Of a stretch of DNA of 64,000 bases, positions 12,201 through 25,380 are shown one piece after another. The stretch covers positions 74,152,001 through 74,216,000 of the forward strand of contig NC_059425.1 of NCBI RefSeq assembly GCF_021028975.2. Reading direction: 5' to 3'. The notes below the pieces were generated by a model. That model ran no database searches and had not been told where the DNA came from. It saw only the letters and a list, made by a program, of their open reading frames with translations. Every line of letters starts with the position of its first letter. Position 1 is the stretch's first letter. The position numbers were made by a program, and so were the translations under genes. This stretch comes from Sphaerodactylus townsendi (lineage: Eukaryota).

Positions 12201-15200
12201 GAATCTGTGGAAGCATTTCTGGGTAGGCACAGATAGGATCAGGCAGTGTAACACAGGGTAGGGTACCAACCTGTGAGACAGAGGAGGATGTGAAGCCTGA
12301 ATATTTAAATAATGGTTTGATGCTGTGTATTTAGCACAGTCCTTTTCCAGACTGCTCAGTAGTATACTTGAAGCTAAAATCTCCTTAAAACATCTTCTAC
12401 CTAGAAAGGCCATCAGTTCCTCAAGTATGAGGACATGTAGTGGTATGAGTTTGTATGCACTCTACACATACTAATTTGACATTTTCCTCATCTCATACCA
12501 GGTGCAGAAATGGGCTGTGAGACTGAGCTATTGCCCACATTACAGCTTGATTTGGATCAATGATACATAAACCCCACACTGCCGTGGAAGCTTACTAGGG
12601 GAATGTGGAACTGTCATTCTCTCTCAATTTACTCAATCTCACAGGATTGTTGTGAGGATAAAACTGAGTAGAGGAAAATGCAAGCCACTTTGGTTCTCCA
12701 ACTGAGGAGAAAAAAATTAAAGGAATTTTTAAAAAAAGATTAACAGAATGATATATTAAAGAATTGAATCAAGAAAGCAGAAGGCTGGCCTTGAATAGCT
12801 GTTGAAATTCAGTTTATGAGAAACTACAGAAGCCTGGTGTGGCCTCATGAGGGATGTGGTAGCTCTTACATCCACTGAGATTAAAATAAACCAGAATAGC
12901 TGATGCATTAGGAAATATCAGTGAGACATTTGAGGAAATATTATAACAGCCATTACTGGCTGTAGGCTATTGTACTGTCTTTAATTTACAGATACTGGTG
13001 GGTTCAGTGAGGCTGAACTTGCCTGAGGCTACTGAAGAGTAAAGGCAAATGCTTCCTCCTGATTACAGGTATCTTACATTAGCTTTCTACTGCCTACTGA
13101 TGGCAGCCTGAAAGCAGCTGAGAGGGAGATTAAATGCCCTCATTGTTCCTCTCTTTATTTTCCGAGCTCTGAGAGTAGCAGATGTCTTTGTTAACATGGT
13201 GTTCTTCATCTGCCTCCAAGCTAAGCATAATCATTGAGTCCCCCCCAAAAAAAACCACAATCAAAATGTGTCACATAATTTTTTAAATCTCCACTGATGT
13301 TTTGAAACAATGATGCAGTATGTTGTTCCAATGAGAGACCAAAACATCAACTATAAACACGCCCCCCAATAAAAACTGAAATATTTATTGCAGTGAAAAA
13401 CTAATGTTTATGTCATTTGAGTTCTCCAGGAGCTACAGAGTGCATTTGATATATGGTTCAAGTGCCAGATAGAAATCAGGTGAGAATGGAAAAGTAAAAC
13501 AAAAAATAGCAATTATAAACTTGTCCCCTTTGTTTCCGAGTTATCATAATGAGCTGCAGGATGTTTTATTTCCCTTCTGGCATTGACACAGACGCCACAA
13601 GATGCCAGGGGTTTGCACATGACAATTTCTGCCACCTGATATGCCCAGTTGGCCAGCCTGGATGTGACTTTCGGCAATCAATGTGCAAACCTAGAATCCA
13701 TGGCAAATGCTGTTGAAATTGGAGAATTGAGCAGCAGGAGTGTTTGCTGTCACAGAAACACATTGTTCCAATTTGTGGTCATTTTACAGAGAGGGGCTTT
13801 GTTGAATTAGCCACATAACAAAACTCAGCCATGTTGAAAATAATTGAACGGAATGTAAAAACCAACAGAACAACCAGCCAAAGAGAGGAGGCAGGAGGAG
13901 TGGTTGAAGGAAATGGATAAAATCTTTTGGAAGCATTCCACAGTCTTATGGCAGCAAAAAGGCTGCAGTTTTATAAACTGATGCCTGAGAATGAGGAGCT
14001 CTCTTCTACTTATCAGCATCATCCCAGTAACTCAAGGACTGAGTGTACCCTAGGAAGGCTGTAGAACTACAGAGCTGTATAACGTCACACATTTCAGCAT
14101 ATTCTGCCAATTGAACAAACAGGTTGTGATGCATTTGGGTTGCCCACAGAAAGCCCTTTCTAGCTTACCTATGAAGAGTTGCAAGGGTTATGAGCTTCTC
14201 ACATGGGTAACAGAGCTCATATACTTGAATAGAAGCATTTCGGTTTGGTGCAAGGATTTATACCACAGCTCTCTTGGGTAGAACCAGAACTAATTGATAA
14301 GTATGTCCTGTGGTTGCATAACAATTATAACATACTCATTCTGTTTACCTGAATGTGACAGAATGGCTAGTTGAGTTAATGCAATTGATGGCAGGCAAGA
14401 AGCAGGGGTTGCAGTACAGTGGATAGTCCTCAAGTAATGAAACAACAAATTTACAGGTGAGGCAGGTGTGACCAAGTGTTGACACAGCTCACAAGTAGAA
14501 GTGAGGAAAAGGAACTGGAAGAGAAGAGTCAATGGAGGAGAAAAAACAATTCCTAATCTAAGGCATACATGCAGGTCGATCCACTTGCAGTCTGGCTTTT
14601 CTCCACAGGAAGTGAGGTCACAAGGAGAGAAATTCAAATGTGGCAAAACCTAGGGCTCCCTATGTAGAAGAATCTAGAAGCAATGGAATATAGGGAAAAT
14701 ATCACAAACTACTGCAACCCGCTCTACACAAGGTCACTCTTGAATCCACTTGAAACTCCAACTCATGCAAAATGTCGCATCGAGGACCCTGTTGTGAGCA
14801 CATATACAACTGGCACTTTGCCAACTGCATTGGCTCCAGGTGGAGTACCAAATCAGATTCAAGCTTTTGGTGCTTACCTTTCAAGTGCTAAATGGCCACA
14901 TCATGCTTGCAGAACCACCTTAGCCAGAATGTCCCACAACGAGTGCTGTGTTCAGCAAATAATAACTTATTGGTAGTTTCTGGCCTGAAGGATGTCTGGC
15001 TGGCCTTGACCAGAGCCAGGACTTTTTCAGCCCTGGCGCCTGCTTGGTGGAGCACTCTGTCTGATGAGACCCAGGCTCCACAAGAACTGATGAAGTTGCA
15101 CAAGGCCTGAAAGATGAAGCTGTTCCACCAGGCATATGGTTGAGGCAGTTAAGGCAGTAACATCTAAGTGGCCTCCCTCTTCTTTGTCTCCTCAGTGGGT

Positions 15201-15253
15201 TATTTTTTATCAGGGTATGAGATAAAAGCAGGAAATACCAAATCGCTATCTGG

Positions 15254-18200
15254 GGCCGTTTCCGCACGGAGGTGGAAACGGCTAGGTTGGCGCATTGCGC
15301 GCCAACCCGACGACGCTGGGACAGTCCACACAGACGGTCCTGGAAACAGCCGGGCAGCCGGCGCCACGGAGCGCCGGCGCCCGGCCAACCCGGCATGTCC
15401 CCGGGCCTCCGGCGCGTTGCCGAGGCCTGGGGATATGCCCCCCTGGCCCTGCGCGCCTGCTCCAGCAGCGCAGGGCAGGGGGGCGTGTCCCCAGGCCTCC
15501 GGCAACGCGCCGGACCAGGGACAAGGTAAGCGCCGGGTGGGGAGGTGTCGTGAAGCACGCCAAGCCGTTAAGCACCGGCAGCGGCTTTTCACGGGCGGTG
15601 TTTCCCCAACAAGAGCGCTTCCAAAGAGGCTGGGAAAACACCGGCTTCGCAGCTTAGCCGGGCAGCGAAGCGGCGGCGCAGCTACGATGCAGCTGTTCGC
15701 GCCTGGCCATGCGAATGCATTACTCCAGAAATCTTTGGTATAACACAGTCAACATTCAGTTCTTCGGTGAAGACATAAGTCCATTTATGCTTAATGCTTA
15801 AAAATTTCCGAAACTTTACCAAGACTGGCCTCGAGAGTCTCAGAGAAGAAACAATTAAAGGCGAACTTAATTTCTTCATGCTTTGGCATCCGCTTACAGC
15901 AAAATCCACCAGGTGAGGATTTAATTCCACCTGAGCTTATTTAAAATTTTTTTTTCCAGTTGAGGTGGTCTCCAGTGTTAGCCAAAGGTATTTACTCATA
16001 TTAACAAATTTGAGAAATTTATCTTCCCCAAAGGCTGGGAAATTAAGAGTATAGTGAGTTCCAATCCACAAAAAGGTGACAAAACCCGATCCAAAGAACT
16101 ATCGACCAGTAAGCTTAAAACATTAAATATGGCACTCAAAAATCTGACGGCAAGATTTTTTTATATCAAAAAAATTAGAAGATTGGGTTTATAGACAACG
16201 CCATCTAATATATCATCCATCATCAAGCAGGTTTTAAAAGAGGACAATCTACCATTGACCACTGTCAAAGCCTTTACAATCTGGCATTTTCAGGAATAGA
16301 AAGCCCTACACCAGAGCCTATATATGTGGCTTTTGTAGATCTGGCTAATGGGGCTTTTTACGATTCAATTGACAGAAACAGACTCTGAAGGTCAAAACTA
16401 GAGAAATTAAAAAAATGCGATCAAAGCGCTTTGTTATTCGCCTTCTTCGTGAATTACATACAGACACCCAGGCTAGGATTAGAGTTGGTATGATGGGTTC
16501 CCTAAACAAACAAGATATCAATTAAACGAGGTGTAAAGAAGCAAGGCTGTGTCCACTAAGCTCCACTACTTTTTTAATCTCTATATAAGCGATATAAGGT
16601 ACAAAGGTTATCCAAGGACCAGAATACATAGCCCCCTCTATTAACCAACTAGAAGAATTTCCATCCTGTTATGTAATGCAGATGGACATGGTCCTAATTT
16701 CTCAAAACCCGCATTGGGATTAAAAAAAGACTGCTCAATAAGCTTAGGTGAATGGTATTGCAAGGAGGAAGCACTCTCCATCAATTACTATCAAGAAACC
16801 AAAGCTCCTATGAGTATTTAGGAAAAAAAAACCGAAAAAAACACTATCCTGGATCGATACACAAAGGAATTCCTATAGGAGCAATGCGAAGCTCATTTAA
16901 ATATTCATAGGGAATTAACTTTTAGTGATACCTTTAAATTGGAGAAAAGTACACTTAGGAACTTTTAAGAATCCTCGGCTATAAAAATAATGAGGGGCAA
17001 TTATGAGATTCCTATTACTCAAAAGGTGGTTTGTCTTGTAGATCCAGCTGTCTATAAAACTGTTAGAAAGTAAGAGTCATCCTCACATACTGTTATATGG
17101 AATAGAAGTTTAGGGGCTGGAATGACCTTATACTCAAGACACTCCAGAATCCATTCCAGAACCTTTTTTAAGGCGGATTTTGACTGATGCTCAAAGGGAA
17201 CACCGGCTGCACTAATGAGGGGCAGAGTTAGGTTTACCATCCAATTGAATCCAACGTGCCCATCTTGCAATCTTGAAGGCCTGGAAAAAAACGACAGCTC
17301 TCAGATAATAAAACCTTTGGTCATCAGTCTTTTACTCTCCTGATGACAAAAAATAATAAACAGCTCTACTTGCTTTTGAAAAATTTGATCTCGGTACACT
17401 ATTCCAGATGATCTATTAAGAGTTTCCAAATGTCATCCAATGCTGAACTCCGAGGACTGGGTGTACAGAGAGAGAGATGCCAAGAATAAACAGACAATTA
17501 ATATGGATTCAGACAAAAAAAGAAACTGCTCCATGGTATAAAACTATTTAAAAAGAGATCATATTAGAGCTACATATCTGGCGAGCCACTACACTAACAA
17601 GAAATCTAAGAATGAAAGCTTATAACTTCTATTAGATTTCAATCAATGCCTTCAGCAGTGCTTAGTGGCAGATACACCTGACGGAAGTACCATTTTCCTC
17701 AAGCGCTTTTGTATCTGTGGAAAACTAAAGAGCCTGAGGATCTCTTCCACTTACATACTCTCCTGTCCTTTATATTCTGAAATAAAGGAAAAGGTTTTTT
17801 TAAGAGCCAATACCTACCTAGGACCCCAGCTTTTGTCCGATGATGAGAAACTGATTTTCTTATTATCGGATATTGATTTCTATGTTTCTTATAAGATGGC
17901 TCTCTTTGCCCTGGCGGCTAGGATACTACGAGCAAAGTATTTAAAGTGCTGTTTGAACTAATGTTGTAAAGTACTGGAGATTAACTTAGACTAGCTGAAG
18001 AAACTGCAAAAACATCTGACGTATTTGATGGGGCATTTTAATTTAGAGATTGAGAACACTAATAATTTATATTTTAATGTAAAACTAAATTATTGTTTTA
18101 ATTTAAATTATTGTTTTAACTAAGTTACTGTTTTAACTGCATGTATTTTTGTATTGTTATAGCCAATGGCTCAAACAATAAATACTTGACTTGACTTGAC

Positions 18201-18280
18201 TAGCCCTGTGCGAATGGCGGCCTGGAGACGGCGTTTTTGCCGTCTCCAGGCCACCATTAATTGCCCGTGCGGAAACGGCC
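15254..18280. mobile_element. CpG-rich Harbinger-like MITE split by a LINE insertion
   Basis: TIRs GGCCGTTTCCGCAC (15254) / GTGCGGAAACGGCC (18280); 3-bp TSD TGG/TGG; homologous to 36674, 46532 and 53022. Confidence 0.85.
15718..18201 (+). mobile_element. 5'-truncated non-LTR retrotransposon, RTE-X-like
   Basis: RT motifs YVAFVDL..AF DSIDR, GV.KQGC..APLLFNL and LL.ADDMVL across frameshifts; C-terminal C-x-C...H.ILSCPLY; 3' AATAAA followed by a (CTTGA)n tail; imperfect TSD around TGCGAATG. Confidence 0.75.
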
Positions 18281-19311
18281 TGGGTTTTTATGGCTTTATT
18301 TTGAAGTTTATGTGGCCTTTTGACCCCATGCTTTATACTGTAATATTTGATATGTAGTGAGCCACCCTGAGCCCACAAGGGGCAGAGTGGCAAAAAGTTT
18401 AATAAAATGAATAAATAAAATAAAACACTACAGGTGGGAATGAATCCGCTATTGGTACTGAACAGGGTAAATAACTGAGGTAAAAATAATTGAGCATACT
18501 AGTCTGTACTTACCTTTTTTTTTTCTTGCATAAAGGACATCAATCTGCTTTCCTAACTCCAACAAAGTAGATTTATATATTTCTGGTTAATTCATGGATG
18601 GCTAAAACTTCCCACATCCATCTCAAGATCTGCTGAGCTACAGCTACCAGTAGAGTTGTAGCTCATGTCTTTGTGGTGAATTTGTTCCCTTGCTGTGAGC
18701 CTGTGAATGATTTTGACACTTGGGATAATATAAGAATTTCAGAGGGAAAAGTAGAGAGAGCTAATGGATCAAGGGCTAACATGGGCTGGGGGGATGCCAG
18801 ACAGGACTGAAGTCATTAGGAAAAATTTCACTCTGGTTGCCGGTATGAATTGCCACTTGTGGTTTTCACAAAGCACTTCACTTTCCATTCCCACTTGTGA
18901 TCCAGTCTTCTCAAACACTGATACCAATATGAAATTACCAGAAATAAAAGAGCAGGCATCTGGGAACCATTTGCACATAATGCAACAAAGTACAGGCTTT
19001 TTTCTTTTAAAGACATCATAGTAGTTCAAAAGATATTTCACAAGTCATGACATGCTGCAGTACCTAAACGAATTATATTACAAAGTTATAGCCGCAATCA
19101 AATTTTAGAACTTGAATTAAAAATGAAACACTCATCATCACATTATAAAATTGGAGAACAAACACATGAACTGGTTGCAGCCAATTCTACAATGCAATGA
19201 AGAAAACTGATGTTGGGATACTAATCACTGTGGATATCATAAGAACCTTGTCTAGGAGTATTCTAGAACTTGGCCTGAAGGCAGGTCACTCCCAGGCATT
19301 TGAAGAGAAGG

Positions 19312-20135
19312 TAAGAACATAAGAACTAGCATGCTGGATCAGACCAGAGTCCATCTAGTCCAGCACTCTGCTACTCGCAGTGGCCCACCAGGTGCCTTTG
19401 GGAGCTCACATGCAGGATGTGAAAGCCTTCTGCTGCTGCTGCTGCTCCTGAGCACCTGGTCTGCTAAGGCATTTGCAATCTGAGATCAAGGAGGATCAAG
19501 GTTGGTAGCCATAGATTGACTTCTCCTCCATAAATCTGTCCAAGCCCCTTTTAAAGCTATCCAGGTTAGTGGCCATCACCACCTCCTGTGGCAGCATATT
19601 CCAAACACCAATCACACGTTGCGTGAAGAAGTGTTTCCTTTTATTAGTCCTAATTCTTCCCCCCAGCATTTTCAATGAATGCCTCCTGGTTCTAGTATTG
19701 TGAGAAAGAGAGAAAAAAATTCTCTGTCAACATTTTCTACCCCATGCATAATTTTATAGACTTCAATCATATCCCCCCTCAGACGTCTCCTCTCCAAACT
19801 AAAGAGTCCCAAACGCTGCAGCCTCTCCTCATAAGGAAGGTGCTCCAATCCTTCAATCATCCTCGTTGCCCTTCTTTGCACTTTTTCTATCTCTTCGATA
19901 TCCTTTTTGAGATGCGGCAACCAGAACTGAACACAGTACTCTCAAGTGTGGTCGCACCACGGCTTTATATAAGGGCATGACAATCCTTGCAGTTTTATTA
20001 TCAACTCCTTTCCTAATTATCCCCAGCATAAAGTTTGCCTTTTTCACACCTGCCATGCATTGAGTTGACATTTCCATGGAACTATCAACTAAGACGCCCA
20101 AATCCCTTTCCTGGTCTGTGACTGATAGCACTGAC
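19312..20135 (-). mobile_element. CR1 LINE 3' end
   Basis: [55 protein letters not shown]; DQERDLGVLVD; reversed (TTCTTATG) tail at 19312-19325. Confidence 0.95.
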
Positions 20136-20169
20136 TCTTGTAAATAAGAAGTTTATTGATTCCTGTTCT

Positions 20170-21465
20170 GGTTGTTTTCCCCCATAAGATGGGGAAATGA
20201 CATGTCCCTTTACTTCTCTATGCAGACGATATAGTAGTTCTTTCCTGAACATATGTTGGTCTTAAATGCTATCTCCAGGCACTTATAAATTATTGCCACC
20301 ATAATTTTGTAATAGTTAATTTTGACAACACAAAAATAATGGTTTTTTCAAAAAGGTGGAAATGTTTCAAATGGAAAGCTGAAGTTACAGAGATTGAACA
20401 GTTTAAAAGTTTTAAATACCTGGGCCTGACTTTTAACTGCAGTTTGAATTGGTTACCTCATAGATCTTGAGCTATTAACCTAGCCAAATGTTTAGCATCA
20501 GCATGCAGAAGTAATCCCACAATTGCTATATGGAATACCAGTGTGGATACATGCATATAGCCATCCAGTTGAATTTTCTCAAGCCCACTTTCTCCACCAG
20601 ATTACGGAATACCTAGATGTGTCAATTACTATACAATCTGTGCAGAAATTAAACAACCTCTTGTCAAAATGGGAGCCTGGACAATTACTATGAAAAATTG
20701 TGGGAATGTGCTCTTCGGTTCCCAACAGACAAGTCTTCTCTCATCAATGTTAGAAGATAATTTCCTAACTGGCATAGAAAAGTTCTTTGATTAGATCCAT
20801 TGGAATTTACTTCAACTTTTGCTTCAGGCTGATCAATTGAGTATACTAGGGACAATTGTACAAAGAAATTGCAACATTATTTCCACATGACCCCTGAATT
20901 GATTCTCTCCAATTCTTAGGCATTCAGTTCAATTGCAATTCCAACTGATCTTATCTTTATGATCTAGAATCATTCCCCCACAGACACACCTTTATGATGT
21001 CAAGGCTGAACTCCTTCCCATAATCCATCCTTTCTGGGAGATTCCTCCATGTGCCATACTTCATGCAACTTTGTGCATGAGGGGGAGAAATGCCAGACTC
21101 TATCTCCCACATACTCTTTGACTGTCAGCTTTTTAAGGTCTTATGGGATTAACTTATTGCCCCAGTAGCCCAGGTCAACACAAAGCAAAGCAAAAAGAAA
21201 CAACTTGCTTTCCTCCTGTCTGATAGAGATCCACAACTTACAAACTTGGTTGTTCAGTACTTCTCACAGATTTCTAAAATGAAAAATGCAATTATTAAAT
21301 TTTAAACATTTTAAAATGAAGATCTGTATAAATTATAACATAATCACTAATTTTACCTTTTTATAAATCAATTTTAACCATAACAATTACCATTTTCACC
21401 TATAAATCTTTCTTACACGTATATTTTAATTTTATGCCAATAAGTTATTTGTACTTGTACCTGGT
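20170..21465 (+). mobile_element. Degraded RTE-X-like LINE 3' portion
   Basis: LLLYADDIVVL (~20210), EQFKSFKYLGL (~20395), DSISHILFDC (~21095); 3' end CCAATAAG...TGTACTTGTAC. Confidence 0.65.
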
Positions 21466-23419
21466 TACTTTCCAAGTCTCTTTGATAGAAAACTTGGAGG
21501 CAGGCAACATCACATATTACTTCTTCAGATATACACTACTGATTTTAAACTACAAGTAGCAAAAAGTCAAATAATGACCTGCCTATTGCAACTAATTAAC
21601 AGTGAGCAGAATCCAGCAGTGACCTAGGCTATCCATAACTGGCCACAGTAACAGACAGCAGCCAAGGCTACCCAGAGGCTTCTTCTCTGAGTGGGGATTT
21701 CCTTTAACAAACATAAGCCAATTGCACAGAAGGCATCTGCTGCATAATGGGTGCAAATGTGCATTGCCACAAGATTCTTGTATGGGCATATTGCCTCAAG
21801 GCCCACTTTAACGTTCTGTTTTCCTTACATCCAGTGAGACCACTTCTAGCATGAATTTAATTTTGCTTCACAGCCAGAGTGGGCAGATTTGCCAGTGTAC
21901 ACAGCTTTGCCCTGGACCTCCTCCCTCAGCCCATGGCCAGCCCTCCCACTCCCTTCCACTGCCACCCTTGCCATCCCTCTTGCCCTCCTTCCATGTTGCT
22001 GACTCCTTCCAGATGCTCCTATCAAAATTTCAATAGTATTATATTATATAATAACAGACTTGAGGAATCATGACTGACCTGCCACTGAACAACCTCTTGG
22101 CGCTCCACATGGCCAAGAACTGCCAGTTGCTGTTGCCTACTGCCCCAGGCCCCTGGAGCTTCACCTTAACCTTCAAGAAGGGCTGAGCTGTAGACCAATG
22201 CTACCTGCAGATGCCACTGGAGGAACTGGGATGAGGAGCCAGCCCCAATCATGTGGGGATGCTGTGGACAAACAACAACTCTTCTTGCCCGCCAATGGTG
22301 ATGTAGAGAACTTTGTGCCCAAGAAGCTTTGCCCACACAGCTTGCCTGTCATCTGCCTGAGCCCTGAGTGTGTATGGGGAATGGAAGGGAGGGGGCAAGA
22401 ATTCTCGGTGTGATATGCTGTGCACCTTTGAGGCTGTTGATGAGTGGAGTTAAGATACCTAGGAATTGTGATGCAGGCTGTGGGCTCCTCCTCATGTATA
22501 AACAGAAAAACATGAAGACAGTCCACTGCAAGCCTACTGCACAGAGAATAGTCCCAAGGTAAGTGTTTCATGTGTAATTGGACATAGTCTTGTTACTTTG
22601 GGGAAACAGTTCTTTGTTTGAGTGTGCCCATCAACATGCGAAAATTGTGGCTAAAGAATCTATTATGAATACCTATTATTGAAACACATTCGTTGCATGT
22701 CTCTATATCTAATTCTGAGCATTTCTCCAGTATGCATATCAAAACATCCATGCTATTTGGCCATGTATAGAATAAGGGCATTTTCTACAAATTCTGGAGA
22801 ACACAAAAGTTTGGAGTAAAATGTAATTTAAAAAAATATTTAATAAACCCTAAAACTTGTAGAACATGAAAAAATTCAACTGATATCTTAAAATATCATA
22901 TTGGGCATTACATGGAAGGTCTAAAAGAAATGCTGAAGAGAGAAATCGCTGGCAGGAAGAGGACTGTGCAATGGCTAAGGGCAGGAGGAGGAGGAGGTGA
23001 TAAGAGATGGAGGTGGGAGAAAGACAAGATGGCTGCAGCTGCAACACTTGAAGGCACCCACCCTCAATCAGCTGGGCATCACAGAACTGAAGTAGAAAGT
23101 GTATCCTCCATCTTTCTTCTTCATTCCCCCTTCCTGCTGGGGGTCTGGCGAGGGAGAAAGAGGAGATGGGGAGTAAGGGGGAGAGAAGGGAAAGAAATGG
23201 GGGTCCATGACAGGTTGGAAGGGAGAGAATGGGATGGGGCAGCTGGGATCTCCTGCACTGGAGGGTCTAAAAAATCCATCTTGCATCTGATTCTGAAACT
23301 GACCAATAACATACATCTCAAAATTTCTACACTGGGTGTAGGGACAGATAAGACAGATATTTCTGCAACCTGGCATCTAAAATTCCAGTTACAATGGGTT
23401 TTGACATGTGGTAAAAGAA

Positions 23420-24443
23420 GGGGATAGAGATGATGAAATCGTAGATGATGATGCAGAGGAAGTTCAGAGAACAAACCAAATTCCTGAACAACCCAGACAC
23501 TCATCACAAAGCAATAAAGGAATCCCAGCACCTTGATGATCTTACATGACAAAGTCAACATTGCTGAAAGAGCCAACAAGTTGGAAAGAAGAAATTGAAT
23601 AAATGCCAGCTGTGAAAGACATAGGATGGAGAATGGCAGCCGAAGAGGAAATTGAGAAATAAGAGAAAACTGCACAAGAACCAAATGAGGACTTTAGTAG
23701 AACAACCATCCAACAAGAAAGCAATTGGATGTAAAAGAGAATTTAAATCAAAACAAGATACAAATGGAAAGAGTACAACCACGCTCCAAGCACATCAGAG
23801 TAAGGTATCAGTGCGTGACTTAGTGGAACAGGATAGTGTAGAATTGAAGTACTATCATACTAACCAAGCCTCTACCAAGAGAAAGACTGGAGAAGCTACA
23901 CAGTGGACTTGGACTCATAAGTGCATGCATGCAAGTCTGAGAAGGGGTGTTGGAATATTCAGCCTTGTTTGCATGCAGCAGCAGCAGAAGCAGCAGGGAA
24001 TTCTGGAAAGCTACACGAACATTCTAAAGGTGACAGTTAAAATCTGTTGGTAGTGTTCTGTTCCCTCACTCACTGCCTCACTAGCTAGCTGACTTGACTG
24101 CCTGCCTGCCTGACTAAGTGAAAAGATGTTCTCTGTACTGATGTAAACCAAATGCTATGTAAAAGTGCTCTGACAAAGATATTGTATCGCAACCACACTG
24201 TAACAAACTATGAGCCCTGCATGTAACTATATATTTGTGATACTTTGTTAATGTGTATATACTGTATATGTTTTCTCTCTCAGTAAAGTTCTCCTTATGT
24301 TTATGAACTTCTGAGGTAAACAACTGGTCTTTTGAGAGATAACTATTCTAATTTGACATGCCGCACAATCCACATTTCTGCTCGTTATTCTGCTTGTCAG
24401 GATTATACATTCTAAATATACCTGTTGCCCTTTAAAACCAACA
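23420..24443 (+). mobile_element. Deleted Ty1/Copia element: pol remnant, PPT and 3' LTR (LTR 23948-24443)
   Basis: EPTSW, W.MAAEEEI, LVEQPSNKKAIGCK.EFKSK, PRSKHI.VRY, VRDLVE..VELKY and LTKPLPRERLEKL..LGL (copia RT start fused to the RNase H end); PPT GAGAAGGGG followed by TGTTGG...CCAACA. Confidence 0.85.
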
Positions 24444-25380
24444 TTTTTTCAGACTGCAAAAAGGAAGTGCAAGTGTGTTTTTTCCAGTGGGGATATGGAT
24501 AGGGTAACACTGCTTGTTGTATGCCTGACAATAACTGAATATGTCATATGTCAGCAGTTACAAGTGTCACAAATTTCTTTTCGAGAGTGTTCAGTGATTT
24601 TGCCTTGCTCTTTTTGCCTTGCTCTCATTTGCCTTTGTTTTCACTCCTTTCCCTCTCACTTGTTTCTCAAATTATTCTGTTTCTTATTGCTGTACCCTTT
24701 TCTATTCTTTTCATCATGACTCCTTTTTGAAGGGAAAAGTCGAGAGGGTTAAATGTTACACTGCATATGGCTGTGCCACTTCCATTAATATTTGTTGGCT
24801 TGGCTTTGAGATCTGGCACCAAGATGCTAACAGCAGTGATGATGACTAGTGTGAGAGACTGGCCAGCTACACCTGAGGGCATCACAGGAGTTGTTCCTGT
24901 CTTAACCTGTCTTAACCTGTAAGAAGGCTCAAAGCAACTTACAAACTCCTTCCCTTCCTTTCCCCACAACAGACACCTTATTAGGAAACCCTGTAATGTA
25001 CTTTTTAAAAGCCAGTAAAACTACTTGTATCACTACATTTTGGTGAACCCTAGATGAAATGCACTGGATGAAATTTTTTTGTCAGTCCTCAAACTGCTAA
25101 CAGGACCAAATAAAATTTCAGCCTTAGAAAAAGGAAGTTTTCAAATGTTTCATCCTTTCTCTTTCAGCCTGAAAAGCTCCATTTGGATTTTTTCTTTCTC
25201 TTATGAAAATCCAAGCTGTGATGCCTTATTTTTGTGCCAGTTTGCTTCTTTGCACCAGTTTTCCCTGTAAAATGCATACATGTTTCAATAGTCCTTGTGC
25301 ATTAATAAATCAGTGGTGTACATTATATGACATACCATGTACTAATTAATACTGCATACATCGCATACCAAGAAAACATA

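Larger units (their letters stand above)
14940..18425 (+). mobile_element. L2 LINE 3' fragment split by a nested MITE and LINE
   Basis: RARTFSALAPAWW.TL...LFHQAY (L2 C-terminus) at ~15000-15140; 3' end GTGAGCCACCCTGAGCC...AATAAATAAAATAAA resumes at ~18355-18425. Confidence 0.7.

Noticed and set aside
14920-15743. Overlapping 120-212-aa ORFs (likewise at 25323-26043, 46610-47105 and 52909-53574)
   Set aside because: They lie in GC-rich MITEs, are open in many frames on both strands, and have low-complexity R/A/P/G composition.
22912-23684. 171-aa and 187-aa ORFs
   Set aside because: Purine-rich low-complexity sequence and the antisense of the Copia remnant.
23948-24443. Solo LTR interpretation
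   Set aside because: There is no TSD, and a PPT plus pol remnant sit directly upstream, so it is a 3' LTR.
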